Source of the DNA: Thermoanaerobaculia bacterium
GTDB taxonomy: Bacteria; Acidobacteriota; Thermoanaerobaculia; Multivoradales; UBA5704
Length of the DNA stretch: 64,000 nt
NCBI GenBank assembly: GCA_036402955.1
Contig: DASWRX010000316.1
Location: 4,996 to 68,995, forward strand
Direction of reading: 5' to 3'
Shown here: positions 47,026 through 55,974 of the stretch, piece after piece
Position numbering within the stretch: the stretch's first letter is position 1
How the letters are laid out: each line of letters begins with the position of its first letter
Notes under the pieces: generated by a model
Told to the model about the DNA's origin: nothing
Seen by the model: the letters and a program-made list of their open reading frames with translations, nothing else
Database searches by the model: none
Program-made: the position numbers and the translations under genes

Positions 47026-47094
47026 GCCTGCCGTTCGGAATACACTTCCCCGCGCACGCGGTTTGCCTCCCACGAACCCAAAGGAGACACGATC

Positions 47095-48096
47095 ATGCTT
47101 CCGCGCAGTGCCAAACCGGTTGTCTTTCTGATGTTCCTGCTGGTGGCCGCCGGCGTCCCCGTCCGGGGCCAGTCCTGGGCGGGCAAGGGGCGGCTCCAGG
47201 GGTCGGTCAAGGACGAGAGCGGCAAGCCCGTCGAGGGCGCCACCATCACCCTGCGCCCCGGCACCGGCCAGGTCGATCCAAAGGCGGAGGGCCCCAAGCC
47301 GGTGATGACCGACAGGAACGGCAAGTGGTCCATCCTCGGCCTCACCGGCGGCGCCTGGGGGGTCCTCATCCAGAAGCCGGGCTTCATGGATTCAGAGGGT
47401 CAGATCAAGGTCAACGAGTACGCCATCGCCCAGCCGTTCTCCGTCACCCTCAAGGTGCCGCCCAAGGAGGTGGCCCAGCAGGCGTCGCAGCAAGTCCAGA
47501 AGCAGAACACGCAGGCCGCCGAGGCCAAGGCGGCGCTCGAGCGGGGGAACACCCTGCTGCAGTCGGGCCAGTACGCTCAGGCCCGCGCCGCCTACGAGGA
47601 GGGAATGAGCAAGCTGGAGGAGAAGGACCGGGTCGCCCTGGAGCCGGCCATCTATCTCGCCATCGCCGATTCCTATGGCAAGGAGGGCAAGACCAACGAC
47701 GCGATCAACGCCCTCAAGAAGTCGCTCGAGGTGGACCCCAACAACGTCGACACCCTGAAGCTGCTCGTCAGCCTGCTGGTCTCCGCCAACCGCGAGGCCG
47801 AGGCGAAGCCCTACATGGCGAAGCTACCCCAGGGCACCACGATGGACCCCGCCATCCGGCTCAACCTGGGGATCAAGGCCTACAACGAGAAGAAGACGGA
47901 CGAGGCGCTGACGCAATTCAACCAGGTCATCGCCGAGAACCCGAACCTCGCCGACGTCTACTACTACCGCGCCATGGTCTACATCAGCCAGAACAAGAAC
48001 GCCCAGGCCAAGGCGGACCTCCAGAAGCTCCTCCAGCTCGAGCCCAACAACAAGTTCGCGGGCGACGCCAAGGAGTTCCTGAAGGAGCTCAAGTAG
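47095..48096 (+). CDS. secreted CarboxypepD_reg-like domain + TPR repeat protein
   Basis: Signal peptide; GRLQGSVKDESGKPVEGATITL...NGKWSILGLTGGAW (Ig-like regulatory domain); C-terminal TPR repeats. SD AAAGGAG. Confidence 0.72.
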   Translation: MLPRSAKPVVFLMFLLVAAGVPVRGQSWAGKGRLQGSVKDESGKPVEGATITLRPGTGQVDPKAEGPKPVMTDRNGKWSILGLTGGAWGVLIQKPGFMDSEGQIKVNEYAIAQPFSVTLKVPPKEVAQQASQQVQKQNTQAAEAKAALERGNTLLQSGQYAQARAAYEEGMSKLEEKDRVALEPAIYLAIADSYGKEGKTNDAINALKKSLEVDPNNVDTLKLLVSLLVSANREAEAKPYMAKLPQGTTMDPAIRLNLGIKAYNEKKTDEALTQFNQVIAENPNLADVYYYRAMVYISQNKNAQAKADLQKLLQLEPNNKFAGDAKEFLKELK

Positions 48097-48109
48097 CGCC
48101 GGCCCCCCC

Positions 48110-50212
48110 ATGCGGCGTTCCCTGCTCCCGGCGCTCGCGGTCGCCCTGGCTCTGAGCGCCGGCTGCCGCTCCGGCCCGGGCGCCGGCGACGCCGCGTCCG
48201 CCCCCTCGCGCGAGGGGGCGGACGTCGTGCTGATCACCATCGACACGCTGCGGGCCGACGCCGTCGGCTTCGCCGGCAACCGCCGGGTCGAGACGCCGGT
48301 CCTCGACCGCCTGGCGGTCGCCGGCCGGGTGTTCGACGACGCCCACGCCCACAACGTCGTCACCCTTCCCTCCCACACCAACATCCTCACCGGCCTCTAT
48401 CCCTACCAGCACGGGGTGCGCGACAACAGCGGCTTCGCCCTGTCGCCGAAGGTGCCGACGCTGGCCACCCGGCTCAAGGCCGCCGGCTACGCGACCGGCG
48501 CCTTCGTGGGCGCCTACCCGCTAGACTCGAAGTTCGGCCTGGGCCGGGGCTTCGACGTCTACGACGATCACTACCCGCGCGGCTCGAATCCGGACGACTT
48601 CGTGGTCGCCGAGCGGCGCGGGGACCAAGTGGTCGCCGCGGCCCGCGCCTGGTGGGCCGCCCAGCGTGGAAAGCGCCGCTTCCTCTGGGTCCACCTCTAC
48701 GATCCGCACGCCGCTTACGATCCGCCGGAGCCGTTCGCCAGCCGCTACCGCGACAGTCTCTACCTGGGCGAGGTGGCGGCCACCGACTCCTTCCTGGCGC
48801 CGCTGCTCGATCCCTTCTTGGACGGCAGGGAGCCGCCGGCCCTGGTGATCGTCACCGCCGACCACGGCGAGTCGCTCGGCGAGCACGGCGAGCTGACGCA
48901 CGGCCTGTTCGCCTACGAGGCCACGCTCAAGGTGCCGCTGGTCGTCTGGGGGCCGGGGGTCGCCCCGCGCCGGGACGGCCGCGCGGCGCGCCACGTCGAC
49001 ATCGTGCCGACGGTGCTCGCCTTCCTGCGGCTCGGCTCCCCCGCGGAGTTGCCCGGCCGCTCCCTGCTCGCGGCGTTCGCAGGGGCCGCGGGCACCGCGG
49101 ACGACAGCTACTTCGAGTCGCTCAGCACCTGCCTCAACCGCGGCTGGGCGCCGCTGCGCGGCCTGTTGCGCGACGGCAGGAAGCTGGTCGACCTGCCGCT
49201 CCCCGAGCTCTACGATCTGCCCCGCGATCCCAGGGAGGAGCGCAACCTCTTCGCCGCGGACCGCCGGACCGCGCACGCCCTGCGCGAGGCGCTGCCGCGC
49301 GAGTCTTCCTGGCCGCCGACGCGCGGTGCCGTCTCCGCCGAGGAGGAGGCGAGGCTGCGCAGCCTCGGCTACAGCGCCGGGGGCTCGGGCCCAGCGAAGA
49401 AAGCCTATACGGCCGCGGACGACCCCAAGAGCCTGGTCGGGGTCGACGCCAAGATCCACGCGGTGATCGGCGCCTACTCCCGCCATCGCTACGAGGAGGC
49501 CGCCGCCCTGGCGCGCCAGGTGATCGCGGTGCGGCCGGACCTGCCCGAAGCCTATGAGGATCTGGCCCTGGCGCTGCAGCAGCTCGAGCGCCGCGACGAG
49601 GCGATCGCGGCGTTGCAGGACGCCCTCCGGCGGGGGGTCGACCGCGAGTCGATCCGCCGCCAGCTCGGGCTCGCCCTCGCCGAGGCGGGGCGCGCCGCCG
49701 AAGCCGTCGCCGTGTTGCAACCGCTCGCCGCCTCGCCGTCGGCGGACGCCGCCACCCTCGACGCCCTCGGCGTCGCCCTCTCCGACGCGGGCCGACACGG
49801 CGACGCGGTGGCCGTGCTGCAACGGGCGACCGGGCGCTATCCCGGCGATCCCAAAGGGTTCGAGAACCTCGGCATCGTCGCCCTGCGCATGGACCAGCCG
49901 GAGGCCGCGCGCACCCAGCTCCAGCGGGCGCTGGCGCTCAACCCCGACCTACCGATCTCCTGGAACACCCTGGGCGTCGCCCTCTACCGGCTGGAGGGAC
50001 CCGCCGCGGCCCTCGACGCCTGGGAACGGTCGGTGGCGCTCGACGGCCGGCAATACGACGCGCTGTTCAACATCGGCCTGGTGGCCGCGCAGGCGGGCCG
50101 CGCCGCCGAGGCGCGGCAGGCCCTCACCCGCTTCGTCACCACGGCGCCGCCGGCCCGCTTCGGCCCCGACATCGAGAAGGCCCGGCGGCTGCTCGCCCAA
50201 CTGCCATCATGA
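48110..50212 (+). CDS. lipoprotein: sulfatase-fold (alkaline-phosphatase superfamily) domain + C-terminal TPR repeats (paralog A)
   Basis: Lipobox LSAGC; ITIDTLRAD; active-site position reads T-L-P-S-H (48362-48376) instead of C/S-x-P-x-R; TADHGESLGEHG; about 270 aa of TPR. Confidence 0.78.
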   Translation: MRRSLLPALAVALALSAGCRSGPGAGDAASAPSREGADVVLITIDTLRADAVGFAGNRRVETPVLDRLAVAGRVFDDAHAHNVVTLPSHTNILTGLYPYQHGVRDNSGFALSPKVPTLATRLKAAGYATGAFVGAYPLDSKFGLGRGFDVYDDHYPRGSNPDDFVVAERRGDQVVAAARAWWAAQRGKRRFLWVHLYDPHAAYDPPEPFASRYRDSLYLGEVAATDSFLAPLLDPFLDGREPPALVIVTADHGESLGEHGELTHGLFAYEATLKVPLVVWGPGVAPRRDGRAARHVDIVPTVLAFLRLGSPAELPGRSLLAAFAGAAGTADDSYFESLSTCLNRGWAPLRGLLRDGRKLVDLPLPELYDLPRDPREERNLFAADRRTAHALREALPRESSWPPTRGAVSAEEEARLRSLGYSAGGSGPAKKAYTAADDPKSLVGVDAKIHAVIGAYSRHRYEEAAALARQVIAVRPDLPEAYEDLALALQQLERRDEAIAALQDALRRGVDRESIRRQLGLALAEAGRAAEAVAVLQPLAASPSADAATLDALGVALSDAGRHGDAVAVLQRATGRYPGDPKGFENLGIVALRMDQPEAARTQLQRALALNPDLPISWNTLGVALYRLEGPAAALDAWERSVALDGRQYDALFNIGLVAAQAGRAAEARQALTRFVTTAPPARFGPDIEKARRLLAQLPS

Positions 50213-52407
50213 AAAAAAGCCGATCGAAGATCCTCCTCCTGCCGCTGCCCGTCCTCCTCGTCCTCGCCGCCTGCCACCATGGCGGGACCGACGCCGGGAG
50301 CGTGGGGCCCTTTCCCAAGGCGCCGGTGGTGCTGATCTCGATCGACACCCTGCGCTCGGACCACCTGCCGGCCTACGGTTATCGCCAGGTTGAGACGCCG
50401 GCGATCGACACCCTGCGCCGGGACGGGCTGCTCTTCGAGCGGGCCTACAGCCACACGCCGCTGACGCTCCCCTCGCACGTCTCGATGCTCACCGGCCGCC
50501 TGCCCACCGAGCACGGGGTGCGCGACAACGTCGGCTACGCCTATGACGGCGACCGCTTCCCCAACCTGGCGGCGGTGCTCCACGGAGCGGGTTATGCCAC
50601 CGGCGCCGCCGTCTCCGCCTACGTGCTGCGCCCCGAGACTGGGATGAGCCACGGGTTCGACCTCTACGACGCCGGCATCCCCGTGCACTTCAACGACTCG
50701 CTCGGCCTCTCGCAGCGCCCGGGCGGCCAGACGGCCGACGCGGCGCTCGCCTGGGCGCGGACGGTGAAGGACAGGCCGTTCTTCCTCTTCCTCCATCTCT
50801 ACGAGCCCCATTCCCCCTACGCGCCGCCCGAGCCCTTCGCCAGCCGCTACGCCGGCCGGCCGTACGACGGCGAGATCGCCACCGCCGACGCGATCGTCGG
50901 CCGCGTGCTCGCCGAGCTCAAGCGCCTGGGGGTCTACGACCGCGCCGTGATCCTCCTGCTCTCCGACCATGGCGAGGGCCTGGGGGACCACGGCGAGCAG
51001 GAGCACGGGATCTTCCTCTACCGTGAGGCGCTCCAGGTGCCGATGGTGCTGAAACTGCCGGACGGGCGGCTGGGGGGTGCCAGCGTGGCCCGGCCGGCGC
51101 AGATCGTCGACGTCTTCCCGACGCTCCTCTCGCTGGTGGGGGTGGACCTGCCGCGGGAGGCGGCAGGCCCGTTCCCCGGCCGCTCGCTGCTCGACCTGCG
51201 CGCGCCCGCCGCGGCGCCGCGCGACCTCTACGCCGAGACCTTCTACCCGCGGCTCCACTTCGGCTGGAGCGAGCTGACCTCGCTGATCCGCGACCGCCTC
51301 CACTTCATCCATGCCCCGGGTCCCGAGCTGTACGACCTGGCGGCCGATCCGGGCGAGCGGCGCGACGTGCTCTCCGGCGAGCGCCGCGCCTACGCCGCGA
51401 TGCGCGCGTCACTCCAAGGAATGGAGCGCGCGCTGCAGGCGCCCTCGGCGGTCGACGCCGAGTCGGCCCGCAAGCTGGCCGCCCTCGGCTACGCCGCCGG
51501 CGGCGTCCATACGGCCCCTGGGGAGGCGCTGCCGGACCCCAAGACCCGCATCGGCACGCTGCGGGACTTCGGGAGCGCCATGGGCCTCTTCACTCAAGGC
51601 AGGTACGCCGACGCCGTGCCGGCCTTCCACCGGCTGCTGGCCGCCACCCCGAAGATGGCCGACGGCTGGGAGGACCTCGCCCAGTCGCTCGAGAAGCTCG
51701 GCCGGCTCGACGAGGCCCTGGACGCCTACGAGCACGCCATGGACGCCTCGGGCGGCGCCTCGTTCGTGGCGGTCGCCACCGGCTCGCTGCTGCTGCGCAT
51801 GGGCCGGCTCGACGAGGCGCAGGGGCACGCCGAGCTGGGGCTCAAGGGGAGCCCGGCGATGGCCAACAGCCTGCTGGCGCAGATCGCCCTTGCCCGCGAT
51901 CGTCCGGCGGAGGCCGAGAGGGCGGCGCGGGTTGCCCTCGCCTCGCCCGGCTCGCGGATCGCGCCGCTGATGACGCTCGCCCAGGTGCTCCAGAAGCAGG
52001 GCCGGCTCGACGCGGCGCTCGGCACCGCCAACCAGGCCGCGGACGAGCTGGCCCGCACCGGCGCGGCGGGCCAGGGGTTCGCCGGCCTGCACTGGGTGCG
52101 CGGCGACATCCTCGCCCGGCTCGGCCGCAACGCCGAGGCGGAGCGGGAGTTCCTCCAGGAGATCCACGACTTCCCGGTCGACACCCGGGCCTACGCGAGC
52201 CTCTCGGTGCTCTACGCTTCCGAGGGCCGGGGCCAGGAGGCGGTCGGCGCCCTGCAACGGATGGTGGAGGCCAGCGGCTCGCCGGCCGCTTACGCCGAGG
52301 CGGTGAAGACCCTGCGCGTCCTCGGCGACCCGCAGGGCGCCGCGGAGCTGCTGCGGCACGCCCTCGGCGTTCACCCTGGCAGCAGGGAGCTGCGCGCGTT
52401 GTCCTGA
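50209..52407 (+). CDS. lipoprotein: sulfatase-fold domain + C-terminal TPR repeats (paralog B)
   Basis: Lipobox VLAAC; ISIDTLRSD; T-L-P-S-H at 50464-50478; SDHGEGLGDHG; TPR tail. The start overlaps the paralog A stop (ATGA). Confidence 0.78.
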   Translation: MKKSRSKILLLPLPVLLVLAACHHGGTDAGSVGPFPKAPVVLISIDTLRSDHLPAYGYRQVETPAIDTLRRDGLLFERAYSHTPLTLPSHVSMLTGRLPTEHGVRDNVGYAYDGDRFPNLAAVLHGAGYATGAAVSAYVLRPETGMSHGFDLYDAGIPVHFNDSLGLSQRPGGQTADAALAWARTVKDRPFFLFLHLYEPHSPYAPPEPFASRYAGRPYDGEIATADAIVGRVLAELKRLGVYDRAVILLLSDHGEGLGDHGEQEHGIFLYREALQVPMVLKLPDGRLGGASVARPAQIVDVFPTLLSLVGVDLPREAAGPFPGRSLLDLRAPAAAPRDLYAETFYPRLHFGWSELTSLIRDRLHFIHAPGPELYDLAADPGERRDVLSGERRAYAAMRASLQGMERALQAPSAVDAESARKLAALGYAAGGVHTAPGEALPDPKTRIGTLRDFGSAMGLFTQGRYADAVPAFHRLLAATPKMADGWEDLAQSLEKLGRLDEALDAYEHAMDASGGASFVAVATGSLLLRMGRLDEAQGHAELGLKGSPAMANSLLAQIALARDRPAEAERAARVALASPGSRIAPLMTLAQVLQKQGRLDAALGTANQAADELARTGAAGQGFAGLHWVRGDILARLGRNAEAEREFLQEIHDFPVDTRAYASLSVLYASEGRGQEAVGALQRMVEASGSPAAYAEAVKTLRVLGDPQGAAELLRHALGVHPGSRELRALS

Positions 52408-52497
52408 TGAAAAACCGGATGAGGGAACACCTCGTCCACGCCGCGTGTTGCAGGGGTCAGAGAACCCTTTTGAGCCTCGGCTCGGAGCCCAAGATCG

Positions 52498-54210
52498 ATG
52501 AAAACCATCCTTGCCCTGTTGTCTCTCTCCCTTCTCGCGGCTCCCCTCGCCGCGCAGGCGCCACCTCCCCCGGCCGCTGCGAGACCGGCGGCGCCTGCTG
52601 CCGCGGCTCCGGCCTCACCCCTGAACGCGGCGGTCGAGCAGGCGATCAACCTGGTGCAGGCCGGCAACAAGACCGCGGCGTTCGCCAGGCTCAAGGAGAT
52701 CGCGAGCGATCCCGCCGCCACGCAGCCCGAGCTCTCCACGGTCGGCGCCCTGTTCGTGGAGATCGGCAAGCCGCAGGAGGCCCTGAAGGTGCTGAAGCCG
52801 CTGGCCGATACCGAGGACGCCGAGCCCGCGGTGCTCTACAACGCCGGGCGGGCGGCGCTGCTCGCCGGCCAGACGGATGCGGGGCGGATCTATCTCACCC
52901 GCTCGGTGCTCAAGGAGCCGGCGTCGCCCGCGGCGCGCGAGCTCGGATTGCTGACGGCGCGGGAGGGGCGCGTGGTGGAGGCCTATTCGATGCTCCGCCC
53001 CTGGGTCCTCCACAACCCCACGGACGCCCAGGCACGGCTGATGGCAGCCAGCCTCGCCGTGCAGCTCGAGCGCCCCGACGATGCGGCGCAGTTTCTCGAG
53101 GGCATGCCGGACGACGCCACGATCCAGCTCCTCAACGCCAAGGTCAGGATTCTCCGGAAGGACGGCCCCGGCGCGGTGGCCCTCCTTAAGCCGCTGCTCG
53201 CCAAACATCCGCAGGGCATGGAGCTCGAGGTGCGGCGCTCGCTCGCCGAGGCGGATCTCCTGGCCGGCCAGCCGGCCGAGGCCGCCAAGCTGATCGAGGG
53301 CCGCGCCGCCGGCCATCCCGCGCTCGTGCTGCTGCTCGCCCGGGCGCAGCGCCAGGCCGGCAACGCCGCCGCCGCCGCCGCCACCCTGAAGCCGCTGGCG
53401 GACAAGCTCCCCGAGAGCGCCTCCGGGCTGGGCGATCCGCGGCCGGCCGCGGGCATCGCCGCCGAGTACGGCGCGCTGCTGGTGGACGCCGGGCGCGCCG
53501 CCGAAGCGGTGCCGTTCTACGAGAAGGCCACCCGCTACTACCCGCGCAACGCGGACGCCTGGAAGGGGCTCGCCCGCGCCTACGAGGCCAGCGGCCGTAA
53601 GGCGGACGCCCAGCGGGCGCTCGCCCAGGCGACGGAGGTGGCGAAGCTCCCCGCGCGACCGGCTGGGTCGGCGGCGGAGCCGTCCGCCGCGGCGGTGTCC
53701 GCCGGGTCCGGATCCGCTCCCGGGATGTCCGGCGAGCCCGAGCAGCCGCTGAGCCCGGGCCTCCAGAACGCCCTTGAGCTGATGACCAAGGGCCAGCTCG
53801 AGCCGGCGCTCACCGCCGTCCGCCAGGAGATCGCGGTGTCGAAGGACCCCCGCGCCCGGATGATCGAGCTGCGCATCCTGCTCGCGCTCAAGCGGCCGCA
53901 GGAGGGTATCCAGTCGGCCGAGGCCGCGCTCGCGGCCGACCCCAACAACCCCGACTACCTCTACATGCGGGGGGTGTCCGAGATGGCCGTGCAACGCTTC
54001 AGCTCGGCCGAGCAGGACTTCCGCAAGGCCCTGCAGATCCAGCCGCGGCACCTGCCGGCGATGAACGATCTCGCGGTGCTGCTGATCCAGGTCCACAAGG
54101 ACAAGGAGGCCCGCAAGCTCCTGGAGCAGGTTCTCCAGATCAATCCCCAGGACCAGATGGCCGCCGCGAACCTCCAGCAGTTGAAGGCCACGATGGAGGG
54201 GCAGCAGTAG
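52498..54210 (+). CDS. secreted TPR repeat protein
   Basis: Signal peptide MKTILALLSLSLLAAPLAAQA. TPR-type repeats run throughout. Confidence 0.7.
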   Translation: MKTILALLSLSLLAAPLAAQAPPPPAAARPAAPAAAAPASPLNAAVEQAINLVQAGNKTAAFARLKEIASDPAATQPELSTVGALFVEIGKPQEALKVLKPLADTEDAEPAVLYNAGRAALLAGQTDAGRIYLTRSVLKEPASPAARELGLLTAREGRVVEAYSMLRPWVLHNPTDAQARLMAASLAVQLERPDDAAQFLEGMPDDATIQLLNAKVRILRKDGPGAVALLKPLLAKHPQGMELEVRRSLAEADLLAGQPAEAAKLIEGRAAGHPALVLLLARAQRQAGNAAAAAATLKPLADKLPESASGLGDPRPAAGIAAEYGALLVDAGRAAEAVPFYEKATRYYPRNADAWKGLARAYEASGRKADAQRALAQATEVAKLPARPAGSAAEPSAAAVSAGSGSAPGMSGEPEQPLSPGLQNALELMTKGQLEPALTAVRQEIAVSKDPRARMIELRILLALKRPQEGIQSAEAALAADPNNPDYLYMRGVSEMAVQRFSSAEQDFRKALQIQPRHLPAMNDLAVLLIQVHKDKEARKLLEQVLQINPQDQMAAANLQQLKATMEGQQ

Positions 54211-54212
54211 GC

Positions 54213-55943
54213 GTGTCCAAAGAGCGAGATCCGCGGATCGGCCGGATCTTTGTTCCGCTCCTCCTCGCCGGCCTCCTGGCCGGCGCCGCCGGTCCCCAGG
54301 ATCCCGCGCGCTCCCTGATGGCCGCCGATCCGGCGCTGGCGAAGCAGGCCGGCGACGATCTGGTGGCGGCCGCCCGCGAGCGCGGCCGCGCCCTCGCCCG
54401 CCGCGGAGCCTCCGGGACGTGGAGCCGCGAGGAGGTGCAGGCCCTGGTCGCCTTCCAGCTCGTCGACCCGGAGCGGTTCGCCGGCGAGGAGGGCTTCCGC
54501 CGCCGCGTCCTCGCCCTGCTCCCCCGCGAGCTCGATCCCCAGGCTCCCGCCGGCCTGCGCCGGGCCCTGCTGCTGGAGCTCAACCAGATCCGCGGCTTCG
54601 ACTTCGCGGCCTCGGAGGAGGTCGAGCGCGCCTGGGGAGCGATCCCCCGCCGGGCCGCCGAGCGCCGGGTCCCCTTCGCTCCGGACGCCCAGTACTTCGA
54701 CGCCGACGTGGAGGGACGCCTCGCCGCCTCGGTCTACTCGCTGCCGTCGTTCTTCTTCGACCTGCCGGCGGCGGACGCCTTCCTCTCCGCGGTCCGCGCC
54801 GCGTCCCCGGAGCGTGCCCTGGTCGTGCTCACGGACTCGCCCCTGCGGGAGGGCCTGGAAGCCCGCGCCAAGGCGCTCCGCCTGCGCCTGCTCGACACCT
54901 TCGGCCGGCCCTACTCCCCCTGGCCGCGCGATCCGTTCACCCTCGTCCATACCGGGAAGGGTGCGGTGCGGGTGCTGGTGCGCCCCAATCTCCAGCCCGG
55001 CCGCGAGGAGGACGCCCACCTCGGCCCCGAGCTGGTGCGGGACCTGCCGGAGGACCTCGATCGCGCTTGGGGTAGACCTGCCTGGACCGAGGCCCCGGTG
55101 CCGTTCCACAACGGCCAGGTGCTCCTGACCCACGACGCCGCCTGGGTGACCCTGCACGCGCTGGAGCCCCGCATCCTGGCGCTGCTCGGTCTGTCCGAAG
55201 TCCCCGTCGCCAGCTTCGCCGGTGCCGAAGGGATCGACCGCTACCTCGCCGCGGCGGACCGCGCCGCCGGGGAGATGGGGGCTCTGTACGGCCGGCCGGT
55301 CCGCTTCGTCCATCCCCTGCCTCGGAAAGGCTCGGGAGACCTGGCGGGACGCGCGGACCAGATGCGCCGGATCGGCGGCGGCGCCGGCTACGACCTCGAC
55401 TCGATCGTCACCTTCGTCCCTCACGGCCCGAACGGCCGCCTCGCCGCCCTGGTGGCGGACGTCCAAGCGGGCCGCGGCCTGCTCGCCGGGGCCTCGGCCG
55501 CGGACCTCGACGCCCTGCGGCGCGGCTACGGCCTGGAGCCGGCCGGAAACGCGCTCGCCGCCGCCCTCGCCGAAGCCCAGCGCACCCCGGCGATGAATGC
55601 GCTCGGCGGGTTCCTCGACCTGACGGCCCGGCACCTCGCGGCGCAGGGCCTGGAGGTCCGGCGGCTCCCGCTGCTCACTATCCCCGTCCCCCTGCTCCAC
55701 GACCACTCCGGTCTCTCCCACGGCGAATTCCTGATCACCTGGAACAACGTGGTGGTGGAGAACGACAGGGGCGCCGTCCGCGCCGAAGGCTTCTCCTATC
55801 TCTTCCCCGCCGGCGACCGCGCCGCCCGCGACGCCTTCGCCGCCCTGGGCGTCCACCTCGACCTCCTGCCGCCGCTCGTGCGCAGCATCGTCCTCAACGG
55901 CGGCTACCGCTGTGCCTCGAACCACGTGCGCACGGCCGGCTGA
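54213..55943 (+). CDS. membrane-anchored/secreted divergent agmatine-deiminase / Porphyromonas-type PAD superfamily protein
   Basis: N-terminal hydrophobic anchor; SPWPRDPF (WxRD-type motif); C-terminal NGGYRCASN with Cys codon at 55911-55913, in the position of GGGxHCxT in guanidino-modifying enzymes. GTG start 2 nt after the preceding stop. Confidence 0.55.
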   Translation: MSKERDPRIGRIFVPLLLAGLLAGAAGPQDPARSLMAADPALAKQAGDDLVAAARERGRALARRGASGTWSREEVQALVAFQLVDPERFAGEEGFRRRVLALLPRELDPQAPAGLRRALLLELNQIRGFDFAASEEVERAWGAIPRRAAERRVPFAPDAQYFDADVEGRLAASVYSLPSFFFDLPAADAFLSAVRAASPERALVVLTDSPLREGLEARAKALRLRLLDTFGRPYSPWPRDPFTLVHTGKGAVRVLVRPNLQPGREEDAHLGPELVRDLPEDLDRAWGRPAWTEAPVPFHNGQVLLTHDAAWVTLHALEPRILALLGLSEVPVASFAGAEGIDRYLAAADRAAGEMGALYGRPVRFVHPLPRKGSGDLAGRADQMRRIGGGAGYDLDSIVTFVPHGPNGRLAALVADVQAGRGLLAGASAADLDALRRGYGLEPAGNALAAALAEAQRTPAMNALGGFLDLTARHLAAQGLEVRRLPLLTIPVPLLHDHSGLSHGEFLITWNNVVVENDRGAVRAEGFSYLFPAGDRAARDAFAALGVHLDLLPPLVRSIVLNGGYRCASNHVRTAG

Positions 55944-55974
55944 ATCGATTCAAATTCCTGGATGCGGGAGAGGG

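Noticed and set aside
44116-55925. Minus-strand ORFs opposite the plus-strand arm (e.g. 44116-45369, 45613-47073, 48521-49822, 49984-51312, 51409-52374, 52615-54096, 53961-55925)
   Set aside because: These are antisense shadows of genes with clear family signatures. Their composition is dominated by Arg/Gly/Ala/Pro. None has a plausible SD or start context.
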